A stretch of 64,000 bases of DNA. Origin: an uncultured Gammaproteobacteria bacterium (GTDB lineage: Bacteria > Patescibacteriota > Patescibacteriia > Buchananbacterales > UBA6539). The position numbers and the translations under genes are program-made. This document shows positions 17,361-27,887 of this stretch, one piece after another. The stretch is from contig CAZHUO010000003.1 of the NCBI GenBank assembly GCA_964535715.1, positions 256-64,255 of the forward strand. Reading direction: 5' to 3'. Each line of letters starts with the position of its first letter. Positions within the stretch are counted from its first letter, which is position 1. The notes under the pieces were generated by a model. It made no database searches, was not told the origin of the DNA, and saw nothing but the letters and a program-made list of their open reading frames with translations.

Positions 17361-18377
17361 ATGAATAACATTCCCTATATAAAAATTACTGCCAAAGATA
17401 ATTATGACCTTGGCTTTAAATTGGGAAAAAGATTGCATGGCAATATAAAAGATCGTATAACGGCAAACAAACGCCTTTATAAAAAAATGGGGGCAAAGAG
17501 TTTTTCTAAGTTGATTGAAATGTCTTTAAAATTTTTGCCGGCAGTAGAAGAGAATTTTCCGCATTTTTTATCTGAAGTCAAGGGTTTAAGTTCAGGATCC
17601 AAGGTTAAGTTTGAGGATCTAATGGTCTTAATATGCGAGGAAGAGGTGCTGGGACTAAAAATACCAAAGTGCACCAATGTAGCCGTTAAAAACAGCAATG
17701 AAGTTTTGATTGGACATAACGAGGACTGGCTTCATGCATATAAAAATAACGGACTTTATATTTTAAATTGCCGAATAAAAAACCGTCATTCCCTAAGCTT
17801 GAATTATATGGGAACTTTAGCCGGTTCCAGCTGCGGTTTAAACGACAGCGGTTTGTGCTTTACCGCCAATTCGTTAAGCCCAACCAGATTCCGCTACGGC
17901 GTCCCGATAAAATTTCAGTTCCGGGCGATTTTGGATTGCAAGACCGTCAAACAAGCAATTTATTCGGATATTAAAGAAAGCAGCATCTGCGGCAATACCA
18001 TTTATGGCTGGAGAAATTCACGAATTTTGGATGTTGAAGACCATTTCGGCCATCATGATTTTTTTCAAAGCGAAAAATTTTTGATTCATACAAACCATCC
18101 GTTACAAAAAGAAGACAGAAACAGAATAAACACAAAAAAAGAGTCAATAGACAGATATAATAGGGCGCTGGAAATATTAAATCAGGTAAAGAAATATGAT
18201 TTGCCGCTGCTGAAGAAAATATTGGTTGATCATGAGGCCGGAATTTGCAGTCATCGCGAAAAAAATACTTTTTGGGGCTCTACTATTGCGTCCGTAATTA
18301 TGAATCCGAAAAAAAAATGGATGGAAGTTTGCTGGTCTAATCCTTGCAAGAACGAATACTTAAGGCATTATCTTTAA
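17361..18377 (+). CDS. Peptidase C45 / acyl-CoA:6-APA acyltransferase-like Ntn hydrolase
   Basis: The central GHNEDW motif and Cys-containing blocks are typical of the C45/AAT family. Confidence 0.5.
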   Translation: MNNIPYIKITAKDNYDLGFKLGKRLHGNIKDRITANKRLYKKMGAKSFSKLIEMSLKFLPAVEENFPHFLSEVKGLSSGSKVKFEDLMVLICEEEVLGLKIPKCTNVAVKNSNEVLIGHNEDWLHAYKNNGLYILNCRIKNRHSLSLNYMGTLAGSSCGLNDSGLCFTANSLSPTRFRYGVPIKFQFRAILDCKTVKQAIYSDIKESSICGNTIYGWRNSRILDVEDHFGHHDFFQSEKFLIHTNHPLQKEDRNRINTKKESIDRYNRALEILNQVKKYDLPLLKKILVDHEAGICSHREKNTFWGSTIASVIMNPKKKWMEVCWSNPCKNEYLRHYL

Positions 18378-18435
18378 ATATTTTTAAATTAATATATCAA
18401 ATTTATTTGTTTTGGCTCAAATTGAGTTTTTTTTG

Positions 18436-18464
18436 TTGACTTTTTTGATTATTTATCAGATAAT
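18436..18464 (+). promoter_or_regulatory. Sigma70-like promoter TTGACT-17-GATAAT upstream of the ATP-grasp cluster
   Basis: Read directly; about 55 nt upstream of the ATG at 18520. Confidence 0.45.
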
Positions 18465-18519
18465 TAATAATGTTGCCATTATTTTTTTGGCCAAATAAAT
18501 TTAAGATTAAAAGATAAAA

Positions 18520-19884
18520 ATGAATAATTTTTTAAATATATTCAGTCAACAAAATCGAAACGGTTTCAGTTTTGATGTTTTGGGTAAAAAATATTTTGTC
18601 ACTTATCCGCCAAAAGTATTTTCAGCTTTAAGTTATGAATCTAGACAGGTTCTGCTTGAAAATTTTGTTTATTGCCGCACCAAGCCGCTTTGTTTAATAA
18701 CAAAAAAGAATTTATTCTACCAAAATCAAAAACCGATATTAAAAAATTTTGTCGATTATGGTATACTTAAAGACTTACCCAGGGTGGCATTTTTTGAAAA
18801 ATCGCCGTTAAAGAAATTTTCCGATTCGTTTAAAACAAAAAAAAATTCAGAATATTTTGTAAAAAAAGAGAAAAAAATTCAGAATATGGATTGCTGGGAA
18901 TCTGATGACAAAAGGGCGATTTTGGCATTATCTTTTGGCAAAGACAGCTTGCTTTCGTACGGCATTGCCAAAGAACTCGGACTTAAATTGGATTTGGTTT
19001 ATGTAGCGGATAAGAATTCTTTGTCGGATCGGGAAGAAGTTTTTAAAAAGCGGATTATAAAAGACTTTGTAAAAAATGAAAAGGTAAAGATAAATTATCT
19101 GTTTGACAGCGCCGACAGCATTTTTTTGGAAAATATTTTTGAAAAAAAAATTGAGGAATTTGAAAATACCAACGGAATGCTGGCATTCTCCCTGGAACTA
19201 ATTCCTTTTTCCAAATATTTCAAAGCAAAATATCTGATTTTCGGCAATGAGGCGAATTTTTCCGATTATTTTGAAAAGGATGGCAAAAAAGCCTATCCGT
19301 CATTTGATCAAAGTGTTTTTTATTCCGAAAAAGAAAATCAGTATCTTGATAAGATGACAAAAGGAAGCGTTTCGGCCGTAAGTTTAGTTGAACCGATATA
19401 CAATATTGTTGAAATGTCCATATTGGTTAACCGCTACCAAAATCTTTTGTCTTATATGATGTCTTGCTCGCCTAAAAAAAATGATCCGGAAAAATGGTGT
19501 TACCATTGTCCAATGTGTGCAAAAGCTTTTTTATATCTTGTTGCTGTTGGAGGAAAACCTTGCCAAATCGGCTTTAATAAAGATTTTTTTCAAATTAAAT
19601 TTAAAAATTTATATCCGCTATTTAATGTTGGAGTTAACCGGGCTTATGAAAAGCCTTTAGCCGTCAGAGACGAACAACTTTTAGCTTTTCTTCTTACTTA
19701 TCGGCGCGGCATTAAAGGAGAGTTAATTAACTTATTCGCTAAAAAGTATTTAAAAGAAGCTGAAAAACGGGAAGTAGGCTTGAGAAAAAAGTTTTTAAGT
19801 ATAAATAAAATTGTAACAATTCCGGCTGAGATAAAAAACAACGTAATTAATATTTACAAGAAAGAAATAAAAAAAATAATATGA
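18520..19884 (+). CDS. PP-loop ATP pyrophosphatase-like protein (MJ0570/Dph6-like alpha-ANH domain) with a C-terminal Cys cluster
   Basis: AILALSFGKDSLLSYGIAKELG is an SGGKDS-type PP-loop variant. The C-terminal cluster is CSPKK...WCYHCPMCAKA. Confidence 0.5.
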   Translation: MNNFLNIFSQQNRNGFSFDVLGKKYFVTYPPKVFSALSYESRQVLLENFVYCRTKPLCLITKKNLFYQNQKPILKNFVDYGILKDLPRVAFFEKSPLKKFSDSFKTKKNSEYFVKKEKKIQNMDCWESDDKRAILALSFGKDSLLSYGIAKELGLKLDLVYVADKNSLSDREEVFKKRIIKDFVKNEKVKINYLFDSADSIFLENIFEKKIEEFENTNGMLAFSLELIPFSKYFKAKYLIFGNEANFSDYFEKDGKKAYPSFDQSVFYSEKENQYLDKMTKGSVSAVSLVEPIYNIVEMSILVNRYQNLLSYMMSCSPKKNDPEKWCYHCPMCAKAFLYLVAVGGKPCQIGFNKDFFQIKFKNLYPLFNVGVNRAYEKPLAVRDEQLLAFLLTYRRGIKGELINLFAKKYLKEAEKREVGLRKKFLSINKIVTIPAEIKNNVINIYKKEIKKII

Positions 19885-22304
19885 AAGTAGAAAACAGGCT
19901 TGAAGGAGGGGTAATTTTATTGGTTAACACCGGTTCAATCAAAAAACGTTTTATTTTGCAGAAGCTTAAAAAAATGGGATTGATTTTGGTTTGTTTGAAT
20001 AAAGAAAAAAATTGGGCCCAGTCTTATATTGATTATTGGATTTTAGCCGATAATGCAAATCATAGTGAATCAATTGCCGCGGTTAAGGAATTTATTTTAA
20101 ATAACCCGAATATAAAAATTGGCGGAGCGTTGACTTTTTGGGAAGATGATGTGCTTTTAACATCTAAAATAATAGATAAGCTGAATTTTATCGGCACACC
20201 TTATAATGTCGCCAAAAAAATAAGAAATAAATTTTTATTCAGGGATTTTTGTGAAAAAAACGGTTTGCCCGCTCCAAAGCATTCTTTGATTAAATCGGCA
20301 AACGACATTGAGAATTTATCCGATAAATTAAGTTTTCCTTTGGTTATTAAGCCGGTCTTTGGCGCAAGTAGCGCGTATGTCATAAAAGTTGATAACAAAG
20401 AAGAATTGGCAAATACTTACAGTTACATTAAAAAGAATATATCAACAAACATAGAAAGTTCCTTAAGCGATGGTTTGGAAATATTCATTGAAGAATATAT
20501 AGTGGGCGACGAGGTTGATATCGATATAATACTGCAAAACGGAAAAATTAAATTTTATTCAATATCTGACAATTATCAGACGAAGGAGCCGTTCTTTGTT
20601 GAAACCGGACAATCAATTCCCTCGGGCCTTTCCGACAAAGTTAAAAGTGATCTTGTTGATGTTGCTGAAGAAATTTTGGAAAAACTCGGTGTTCAAAATG
20701 GGGTTATTCATTTTGAGTCGAAATCAACTCCGACCGGACCGGTGCCGATTGAGATTAATTTAAGAATGGGCGGCGATGAAGTTCATTCTTTCGTCAAAGG
20801 CGCTTGGGGCGTTGATTTGATTGAAAATGCCGCTAAAATTGCTTTGGGAATATATATACCAAAAATTCAAAAACCAAGTACGCCCAAAAAATATATTACC
20901 GGAGTTTATTTTTTGCCGGAATATTCGGGCATTGTGTCAAAGCTTAATTTTAATAATGAGTTAACCAAAAAAAGTTATTTAGAAGAAGTTCATTTTTTTA
21001 AAAAAATTGGCGATCCGGTTTTAGTTCCGCCAGAAGGTTATGAATATTTGGGCTGGATTACGGTATCCGGTTTTAGCATGCTTGATGCCCAAGACAATCT
21101 TAAGGAGGCGTTAAAACATATTGACTTCAAAATTGCAAAGTTTGCTCCGGAATCATCAATCGGAAAGACCTCAAGAAAAAATAGTTTTTCTCATGCCTCA
21201 TTAAATACGAATTTGTTGATTCATGCGGCTAAAATTGAAAAATTAAGAAAAATCACTCCAAAAGAGCAAAGAAGCTTGCATATTGGCATTGCCTGTAATA
21301 TTTTTGACGACGGTGACGTCGCGATTGAAAATGAATTAATGACCATAGGAAAAAATATTGAAGAAACCCTAAAGGAGCGAGGCTATAAAATTACATTTTT
21401 TAATTTTAACGATATTAATAATGTTTTTCAGCAATTGAAATCAAGTGATGTTGATTTGGTTTTTAATGTTTGTGAAAGAATAAATAATTCAAGTTTGTTA
21501 GAGCCTCATGCCGCATCGCTTCTTGATATTTTGCAAATTCCTTATACCGGATCAAATCCTTCGACGCTAAGCCTGTGTATTGATAAATTAAGAGTAAAAA
21601 AACTTTTAACTCATCACAAAATTCCCACTCCTCGCTGGGATTACGCTTACGCGATGGATGAAGATATTGATGAGAGCCTCCAATATCCTTTGATTGTTAA
21701 GCCGGCAAATACCGATAATTCCATCGGCGTAACAAATGAATCGGTTGTGACAAATAAGGAAGATTTGCAGAAGCAGTTAAAAAAAGTAATTGTTGAAATC
21801 GGAAGTCCGGCTTTAATTGAAGAATATATTGAAGGCGATGAATATGACGTTTCAATTGTCGGAAGCGAGGATGACGACTTAAGAGTATTGCCTCTTTCTC
21901 GTTCAATTTTTTCCAATATGTCGCAAGGCAGCTGGCATATTTATACCCACGAAATGAAATTCTCAGATAAAACAATCGATCAATTCGGGGTGTTGGTTCA
22001 GCGGCCGCCGAAAAATATCAGCAAGCGCTTAAGTTCGCTTCTGACTGAAATTGCCCTTGATACTTACAATATTTTAGACTGTCACGACTATGGACGAGTT
22101 GAAATTAGGGTTGATAAGTATGACAATCCGTATGTTTTAGAATTAAATCCGAATCCATCCATTAATGTCGGAGACTGCCTGCCGGAAGTCGCCAAGCTGA
22201 CCGGAATGGATTATGGTGATTTTTTGGAAGACATTATCAATATGGCAATAAGGCGATACCGCAATCGTCCGCCTTATTACCATCTACAAACTACGCCTAT
22301 TTAA
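19881..22304 (+). CDS. Tandem double ATP-grasp ligase (two ATP-grasp modules; the second is D-Ala-D-Ala-ligase-like)
   Basis: Module 1 has LVIKPVFGASSAYVIKVDNKEEL and EEYIVGDEVDIDI. Module 2 has LIVKPANTDNSIGVTNESV, EEYIEGDEYDVSIV and LELNPNPS. Its start overlaps the upstream stop by 4 nt. Confidence 0.7.
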   Translation: MKVENRLEGGVILLVNTGSIKKRFILQKLKKMGLILVCLNKEKNWAQSYIDYWILADNANHSESIAAVKEFILNNPNIKIGGALTFWEDDVLLTSKIIDKLNFIGTPYNVAKKIRNKFLFRDFCEKNGLPAPKHSLIKSANDIENLSDKLSFPLVIKPVFGASSAYVIKVDNKEELANTYSYIKKNISTNIESSLSDGLEIFIEEYIVGDEVDIDIILQNGKIKFYSISDNYQTKEPFFVETGQSIPSGLSDKVKSDLVDVAEEILEKLGVQNGVIHFESKSTPTGPVPIEINLRMGGDEVHSFVKGAWGVDLIENAAKIALGIYIPKIQKPSTPKKYITGVYFLPEYSGIVSKLNFNNELTKKSYLEEVHFFKKIGDPVLVPPEGYEYLGWITVSGFSMLDAQDNLKEALKHIDFKIAKFAPESSIGKTSRKNSFSHASLNTNLLIHAAKIEKLRKITPKEQRSLHIGIACNIFDDGDVAIENELMTIGKNIEETLKERGYKITFFNFNDINNVFQQLKSSDVDLVFNVCERINNSSLLEPHAASLLDILQIPYTGSNPSTLSLCIDKLRVKKLLTHHKIPTPRWDYAYAMDEDIDESLQYPLIVKPANTDNSIGVTNESVVTNKEDLQKQLKKVIVEIGSPALIEEYIEGDEYDVSIVGSEDDDLRVLPLSRSIFSNMSQGSWHIYTHEMKFSDKTIDQFGVLVQRPPKNISKRLSSLLTEIALDTYNILDCHDYGRVEIRVDKYDNPYVLELNPNPSINVGDCLPEVAKLTGMDYGDFLEDIINMAIRRYRNRPPYYHLQTTPI

Positions 22305-22308
22305 ATTT

Positions 22309-23649
22309 ATGGCTGAAAATAAAAAAATGGCAAAAATCGGCTTGATGACCGGTGCAGTCGATAGCCTGATTTTTGCTTCGAAATGGACCAAAAATGAAAA
22401 TCAAGTTGTTTTTTTTGTGCCTGAAAGAACCAATGAGGAAAAATGGGCAAAAAGTTTTTTGCCGGCGGAAAACGTGGCGACTTATAATAAAGACAAGAAA
22501 CTTTCAATGGCAATTTTGGATTTTGAAGGCATCATTAAAAATTCCGATATTACCAAACGATTAAGAAATTTAGGCGTTAAATACTTCATACTCCATCACA
22601 GCGTAAGCGGTTTTCTAAATGACTGGCAGAAAAAATCAAAAATTAAACTGATTGCCTCCGATTTCAAATGGCATAAGCTTGAGGACAAGATTTTTTTTGA
22701 CCGATTTTTAAATAAGCATAATTTGCCCAAGCCGCAAAGCGAAATTTATTTTTGGGGCAAAAAAAATATTAAAATTAAAGGCAAGCTGGTTTTACAGGAT
22801 CCTCTTTCTGAGGGCGGGGAGGGCACTTATTTTATCGACCAGGCTTTAGATATTGAAAATTTTTTTGAAAAAACAAAATTAAGCAGGCAAAAAAAATATT
22901 TACTCAGAAAATATGCCGATGGAAGTTCTTTTGGAGTCACTATTTTTGTTTCATCGGGCCCGATTGCCGTTTCGGCCATAAGAAGCCAGTGCTATGAAAA
23001 AACCAATAAATCAAATCGGCGCCGTTTTTTGGGGGTTCAGTGGATTTCGGCTAAATCAATCAGTCAAAAAATCAAAGCCGATCTTAATAAGGTTTTCTTT
23101 TCTTTGGGCGAGTCATTGAAAAAATCGGGATTTTTCGGTTATGCCAGCATCGATTTTATTATCGGAGAAGACAACAAAATATATATTATTGAATGCAATC
23201 CCAGATTTTCCGCTTCTACTGCCCAGCTTTTGCAATTTCCTCAGACAATCGGCGGCTTGAATACGGCCAATTTATACTTTGATTATTTTTTTGGTAAGAG
23301 AAAAATATTTTCCAAAGGCAAATATTCCGGCTTGCAGAATTCTAAATTTAAGGGATCGATTTTACATATTGAAACTCCTGACTATAAAAAAAATTATCCG
23401 ATAATCAGGCAATATAAAAATGGCATCTATCAGCTTAACAAGGGTAAAATTTCATTTTTAACGCCGGATATTACCAAACTTGACGGTAAAGGCGATAAAT
23501 TCATTTATTATTCTGATGCCGAGAAAGGGGAAAAGATTGAAAATAGTACCGTTATTGGGCTTGTCATATCAAATTTTCCGTTATACAGTAATAGTGGGGA
23601 AATAAATAATAACGGAATTTGTATTTTAAAAAAATTTAAATTAATTTGA
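22309..23649 (+). CDS. ATP-grasp domain ligase
   Basis: GKLVLQDPLSEGGEGTYF and YASIDFIIGEDNKIYIIECNPRFSAST (ATP-grasp C-terminal Mg/ATP-binding block). Confidence 0.65.
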   Translation: MAENKKMAKIGLMTGAVDSLIFASKWTKNENQVVFFVPERTNEEKWAKSFLPAENVATYNKDKKLSMAILDFEGIIKNSDITKRLRNLGVKYFILHHSVSGFLNDWQKKSKIKLIASDFKWHKLEDKIFFDRFLNKHNLPKPQSEIYFWGKKNIKIKGKLVLQDPLSEGGEGTYFIDQALDIENFFEKTKLSRQKKYLLRKYADGSSFGVTIFVSSGPIAVSAIRSQCYEKTNKSNRRRFLGVQWISAKSISQKIKADLNKVFFSLGESLKKSGFFGYASIDFIIGEDNKIYIIECNPRFSASTAQLLQFPQTIGGLNTANLYFDYFFGKRKIFSKGKYSGLQNSKFKGSILHIETPDYKKNYPIIRQYKNGIYQLNKGKISFLTPDITKLDGKGDKFIYYSDAEKGEKIENSTVIGLVISNFPLYSNSGEINNNGICILKKFKLI

Positions 23650-23668
23650 ATCTTATTTTGAATAAGTA

Positions 23669-25003
23669 TTGATAAAATTTATGAAAAATATAAATTCATC
23701 AGCTGACAAAAAATTGATCCTGAAGCTATTGGCTGAAAAGTCAAGCGATAAAAAAGGCAATTTAACCGAAGTTGTCAATGAAACTTTGCAAAAGCGTAAA
23801 GCGATTTTGGCAATGGCCAAAAAGCATCCGACGCCTTTTTATTTGTTTGACCAAAATGCGCTTGATAAAAGAATCCGAGAATTTTCTGAAACTTTTAACC
23901 GTTATATTCCCAGTTTGGATATTTTTTATGCCATGAAATCAAACAGCCACCATTATTTGGTTAAAACGATGGTTAAACATGGATTAGGAATTGATGTTTC
24001 ATCTGGCCGGGAATTATCGCTTGCGCTAGAAAATAAGGCAAAAAAAATTATTTTCAGCGGCCCGGGCAAAACCGAGGCGGAATTGAATTTGGCCATAGAT
24101 AATAGCCAGAAAGTGACAATAAACATGGATAGTTTCGGCGAGCTGAAAAGGCTGGGAAATTTATTAAAAAGAAGGAATAAAAAAATAAAAGCCGGAATAA
24201 GGATTTATACGAAATATCATGGCAGCTGGAATAAGTTTGGAATCAATATTGAATCTTTGGCGGATTATTTCAGAGAAGCGAAAAAATACAAAAATATTGA
24301 TCTTTGCGGAATCCAATGCCATATGAGCTGGAGTAAAGACGAAAGCTCATATAAAAAGATGCTTTTGGAAATTGCCAATTTTTTAAAAAAAGATTTTACG
24401 GCCAAAGAGCGGGAAGCCGTTAAATTCATTGATTTCGGCGGCGGCTATGAAAATAACATGCTGGACGGCTATTATCCCTGGCTTATCCCAAAAAATGAAA
24501 TTCTGAAAATTGCCGGCGATTATTTTGACAAAAAAATAAATTTTTCGGATAAATATTATTTAACCGAATCGGCCAGCTTGGAAAAATACGCCAAAGCAAT
24601 CGGCTCAACGATAAAAAATGAATTGAAAGTTTTGGTTGATTGTGATTATTATTGTGAACCCGGTCGGATACTTTCCGCCAAATCAATGATTTTAGTTTTT
24701 AGAATTGTTGATGTCAAATCAAAAGATTTGGTTATTTTGGACGGCGGCATAAATATGGTTGGTTCTGACGACTTTGACTATTTTTATATTCCGGCTGTTA
24801 ATTTATCAAATTCGTCAAAAAAAGAAATAAAATGCCGTCTTTTTGGTCCGCTTTGCACTCCTTATGACTTTTGGACCCATTATTGCTATGCAAAAAAAAT
24901 GGAAGAAGGGGATATTGTTGTTTTTCCTAATCAGGGAGCTTATTCTTATTCATTGGCCCAAAATTTCATCAAGCCGATACCGGATGTTCATATTCTAAAG
25001 TAA
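23669..25003 (+). CDS. PLP-dependent decarboxylase, Orn/DAP/Arg decarboxylase family 2 (LysA-like; alanine-racemase fold)
   Basis: PLP-Lys motif FYAMKSN, GIDVSSGRE, DFGGGY and the C-terminal beta-barrel block CGPLCTPYD. Confidence 0.8.
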   Translation: MIKFMKNINSSADKKLILKLLAEKSSDKKGNLTEVVNETLQKRKAILAMAKKHPTPFYLFDQNALDKRIREFSETFNRYIPSLDIFYAMKSNSHHYLVKTMVKHGLGIDVSSGRELSLALENKAKKIIFSGPGKTEAELNLAIDNSQKVTINMDSFGELKRLGNLLKRRNKKIKAGIRIYTKYHGSWNKFGINIESLADYFREAKKYKNIDLCGIQCHMSWSKDESSYKKMLLEIANFLKKDFTAKEREAVKFIDFGGGYENNMLDGYYPWLIPKNEILKIAGDYFDKKINFSDKYYLTESASLEKYAKAIGSTIKNELKVLVDCDYYCEPGRILSAKSMILVFRIVDVKSKDLVILDGGINMVGSDDFDYFYIPAVNLSNSSKKEIKCRLFGPLCTPYDFWTHYCYAKKMEEGDIVVFPNQGAYSYSLAQNFIKPIPDVHILK

Positions 25004-25107
25004 GATTTTTTTGGTTAAACATAAAATATAAAATAAATGTTAAACTTAAATGTTTTATGTTGTATGTTTAACGCTATGTGATAAAAATATTGCCGCAGAC
25101 AGGACAA

Positions 25108-25131
25108 TTCCCTGTTTTTTATTATTTCAAT
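25108..25131 (+). terminator. Intrinsic terminator after the decarboxylase
   Basis: ACAGG-acaattc-CCTGT hairpin followed by TTTTTT. Confidence 0.5.
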
Positions 25132-25183
25132 TTTGGAGTATAATAATCATATATTGGATTTTTAGCCGATAATTTTTAAAAAA

Positions 25184-26947
25184 ATGAAAGAAAATACTAA
25201 AAAGACTCTCAAGATTTATTGGCAAAAATCACTGAATTATAAATTTTCAGTGATTGTTGTTTTTATCTCCGTTTTTTGCGCTTCTTTAATAGGTGTAATT
25301 ATCCCGATATTTTATAAAAACTTTTTTGATATCTTGGCGTCAGGTTTAGAAAAAAATTCATTAATCAGCCAGCTTATTTCAATTATATTGATTATTTTAG
25401 GCCTTGATTTTTTAGGCTGGTGTTTTTGGCGCTTTGCCACTTTTTATTCCAATTATTTTCAGTCAAAGGTAATGACCGATTTGTCTAATTATTGTTTTGC
25501 ATATCTACACCGCCATTCCTTTTCTTTTTTTAATAATAATTTCGTCGGTTCACTGGTTAAAAAAGTCAAATGGTTTAGCCGGGCATTTGAGACGATTGGC
25601 GATAAGATTATTTGGAATTTGTTTCCCTTATTTGTAAATATTGCAATAATCATCTTAGTCCTTCTTAGCAGAAACTGGCTTCTAAGCCTTGTTGTTTTAG
25701 TTTGGATAATTTTATTCTTGCTGGTTAATTTGATTTTTACTAATTATAAATTAAAGTATGATATCTTGCGAAGCGAGGCGGAAACAAAAACAACCGGCTT
25801 TTTGGCAGATTCGATTACAAACAATAGTGTTATTAAGCTTTTTGTGGGGTTTAGCCGCGAAGTAAAAGGCTTTGGCAAGGTAAATGAAGATTTAAGAAAG
25901 TTAAGAAAATTAACTTGGGATTTGGATGGTTTTTTTGAAGCCTTGCAGGGTTTTTTGATGGTTATTTTGGAGTTTGGAATTTTTTATTTGGCGGTTTTTC
26001 TTTGGCTACGCAATATTTTAACCGTTGGCGACTTTGTTTTGATTCAGGCATATTTGATAAATATTTTTCATCGAGTTTGGGAGTTTGGGCGGGTTTTACG
26101 CCAAACTTATGAAGCTCTTTCTGATGCCGAAGAAATGACCGTTATTTTAAATACTCCCCATGAAATAAAAGACATTTTAGGCGCCAAGGATTTGAAAATT
26201 AAAAAAGGCAGAATTGAATTTAAAAATGTTGATTTTTATTATTATCAGACCAGGAAGGTTCTCAGTGATTTTAATTTAATCATAGAACCCGGACAGCGTC
26301 TGGCGTTAATCGGTCCCTCCGGGGCGGGAAAAACAACAATTGTGCGCTTGCTTTTAAGGCTTTATAATCTTTCAGGCGGGCAGATTTTTATTGATAATCA
26401 GGATGTTTCAAAAGTAACCCAGGAAAGCCTTTGGAAGAATATTAGCCTTGTTCCTCAGGATCCGATTCTGTTTCATCGGCCGCTTTCGGAAAATATCGTG
26501 TATGGCAGGCCTGATGCGTCAGAAACAGAAATAGTTGTATCAGCCAAGGCGGCGCATTGCCATGAATTTATAACCAAATTTCCCGACGGCTACAATACCC
26601 ACGTCGGCGAGCGCGGAGTTAAGCTTTCCGGCGGAGAAAGGCAGCGGGTGGCAATTGCCCGAGCGATTCTGCGAAATTCGCCGATTTTAATATTGGACGA
26701 GGCGACATCGAGCCTTGATTCCGAATCAGAGCTTTTAATTCAGGACGCTTTAGACAAGCTGATGGACGGAAAAACCGTAATTGCAATCGCTCACCGCCTT
26801 TCAACAATCAGAAAAATGGATAGAATAATTGTGGTTGATCAAGGCGGTATTATTGAGGAAGGCAGTCATGAAGAATTGCTAAAAAATAAAAGAGGTTTGT
26901 ACAAAAGACTCTGGCAGCTGCAGGCTGGAGGGTTTATTCAGGATTAA
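25184..26947 (+). CDS. ABC transporter fused permease/ATPase (type I exporter, MsbA/ABCB-like)
   Basis: 6-TM N-terminal domain. Walker A GPSGAGKTT. Signature LSGGERQRVAIARAIL. Walker B ILILDEATS. Confidence 0.9.
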   Translation: MKENTKKTLKIYWQKSLNYKFSVIVVFISVFCASLIGVIIPIFYKNFFDILASGLEKNSLISQLISIILIILGLDFLGWCFWRFATFYSNYFQSKVMTDLSNYCFAYLHRHSFSFFNNNFVGSLVKKVKWFSRAFETIGDKIIWNLFPLFVNIAIIILVLLSRNWLLSLVVLVWIILFLLVNLIFTNYKLKYDILRSEAETKTTGFLADSITNNSVIKLFVGFSREVKGFGKVNEDLRKLRKLTWDLDGFFEALQGFLMVILEFGIFYLAVFLWLRNILTVGDFVLIQAYLINIFHRVWEFGRVLRQTYEALSDAEEMTVILNTPHEIKDILGAKDLKIKKGRIEFKNVDFYYYQTRKVLSDFNLIIEPGQRLALIGPSGAGKTTIVRLLLRLYNLSGGQIFIDNQDVSKVTQESLWKNISLVPQDPILFHRPLSENIVYGRPDASETEIVVSAKAAHCHEFITKFPDGYNTHVGERGVKLSGGERQRVAIARAILRNSPILILDEATSSLDSESELLIQDALDKLMDGKTVIAIAHRLSTIRKMDRIIVVDQGGIIEEGSHEELLKNKRGLYKRLWQLQAGGFIQD

Positions 26948-27826
26948 TTGAGCCAATTTTCAATAGATGCTATAATAATACTGGAAAGAAAATATTTAAC
27001 CCAAGCAATTATGCCAGTAGAAATATCGAGCCGGTCTGTCGGTTTAGAAAATGATGCTGTTTCAAATGATCAAAATATTTTAGACCAAAATCAAAACAAT
27101 GAGACAGGATCAACCGATTTAAATAAGGGAAAAATATCAGGAAATATTGCAAATGAATCAAAGCCGGAAGTTTTTGAGCTTAAAGATAAGATAGAATCGG
27201 CTATAACTGTTGATGAGCTTATTGATATTATAAAAAATGAACCAACTGTTTATTGTGACCAAATAATTCATCAAGGCAGAGAATTGGGGAAAAAAATTTC
27301 TGATGCGGCAGAATTTTTACGGAAAAATTTTGATCAAATAATACTCGACACAATTATTCAGAAAGAAGGCGATGTTTTAGCCGAATTCTCCAAGATGTTT
27401 TTATTAATCCCTTTGGAAAATAATTTAGGAATTAGAAAAAAGGCTCAGGAGCTATTAAGGCGGGAAATAAATTCTTATTTTGAAGAAAAAAAAGCTGATT
27501 TTGCCTTAGCCTCGGTTTCTGCTGCCGGAAGTTTAAGACAGCTTTGCGATATATTGCAAAATTTCAAAACCATTAGGCAAAAAGAAAAAGTTTATGATAA
27601 GGAAAAAGTAATTCAGCAAATAGTTGATGCGGAAAAATTTCTCCTTGAAGCCGTTGAAATTGGGGCGCTGGCTGAATTAAGCATTGAGCAGATTGATGCA
27701 TATATCAATAATCTTATTGTAAATTTGCCTTTTGATTGCGGAATACACGATAAGGCTTTCGGGCTGCTATGGCAGTTGGTCAAAGAAAAGCGACTAAGCA
27801 GGACAAAAAATAAAGAAGGCAAGTAA
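26948..27826 (+). CDS. Hypothetical alpha-helical protein, translationally coupled to the ABC exporter
   Basis: Its ATG is adjacent to the ABC stop. No recognisable motif. Confidence 0.4.
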   Translation: MSQFSIDAIIILERKYLTQAIMPVEISSRSVGLENDAVSNDQNILDQNQNNETGSTDLNKGKISGNIANESKPEVFELKDKIESAITVDELIDIIKNEPTVYCDQIIHQGRELGKKISDAAEFLRKNFDQIILDTIIQKEGDVLAEFSKMFLLIPLENNLGIRKKAQELLRREINSYFEEKKADFALASVSAAGSLRQLCDILQNFKTIRQKEKVYDKEKVIQQIVDAEKFLLEAVEIGALAELSIEQIDAYINNLIVNLPFDCGIHDKAFGLLWQLVKEKRLSRTKNKEGK

Positions 27827-27887
27827 ATATACGAATTATATTGCAGTATGATTTTTTTAAAGGCATTTTATTTATAATACAAAATAT

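Noticed and set aside
17109-17438. 109-aa minus ORF across the divergent promoter region
   Set aside because: It overlaps the 5' end of the Mur ligase gene and the intergenic promoter. It has low complexity and no support.
25040-25084. 14-aa Cys-Cys ORF (MLNLNVLCCMFNAM) as a possible precursor peptide for the ATP-grasp cluster
   Set aside because: It has no RBS and lies inside an AT-rich region of GTTAAAC/GTTTAAC direct and inverted repeats that look more like an operator. It is too short and unsupported.
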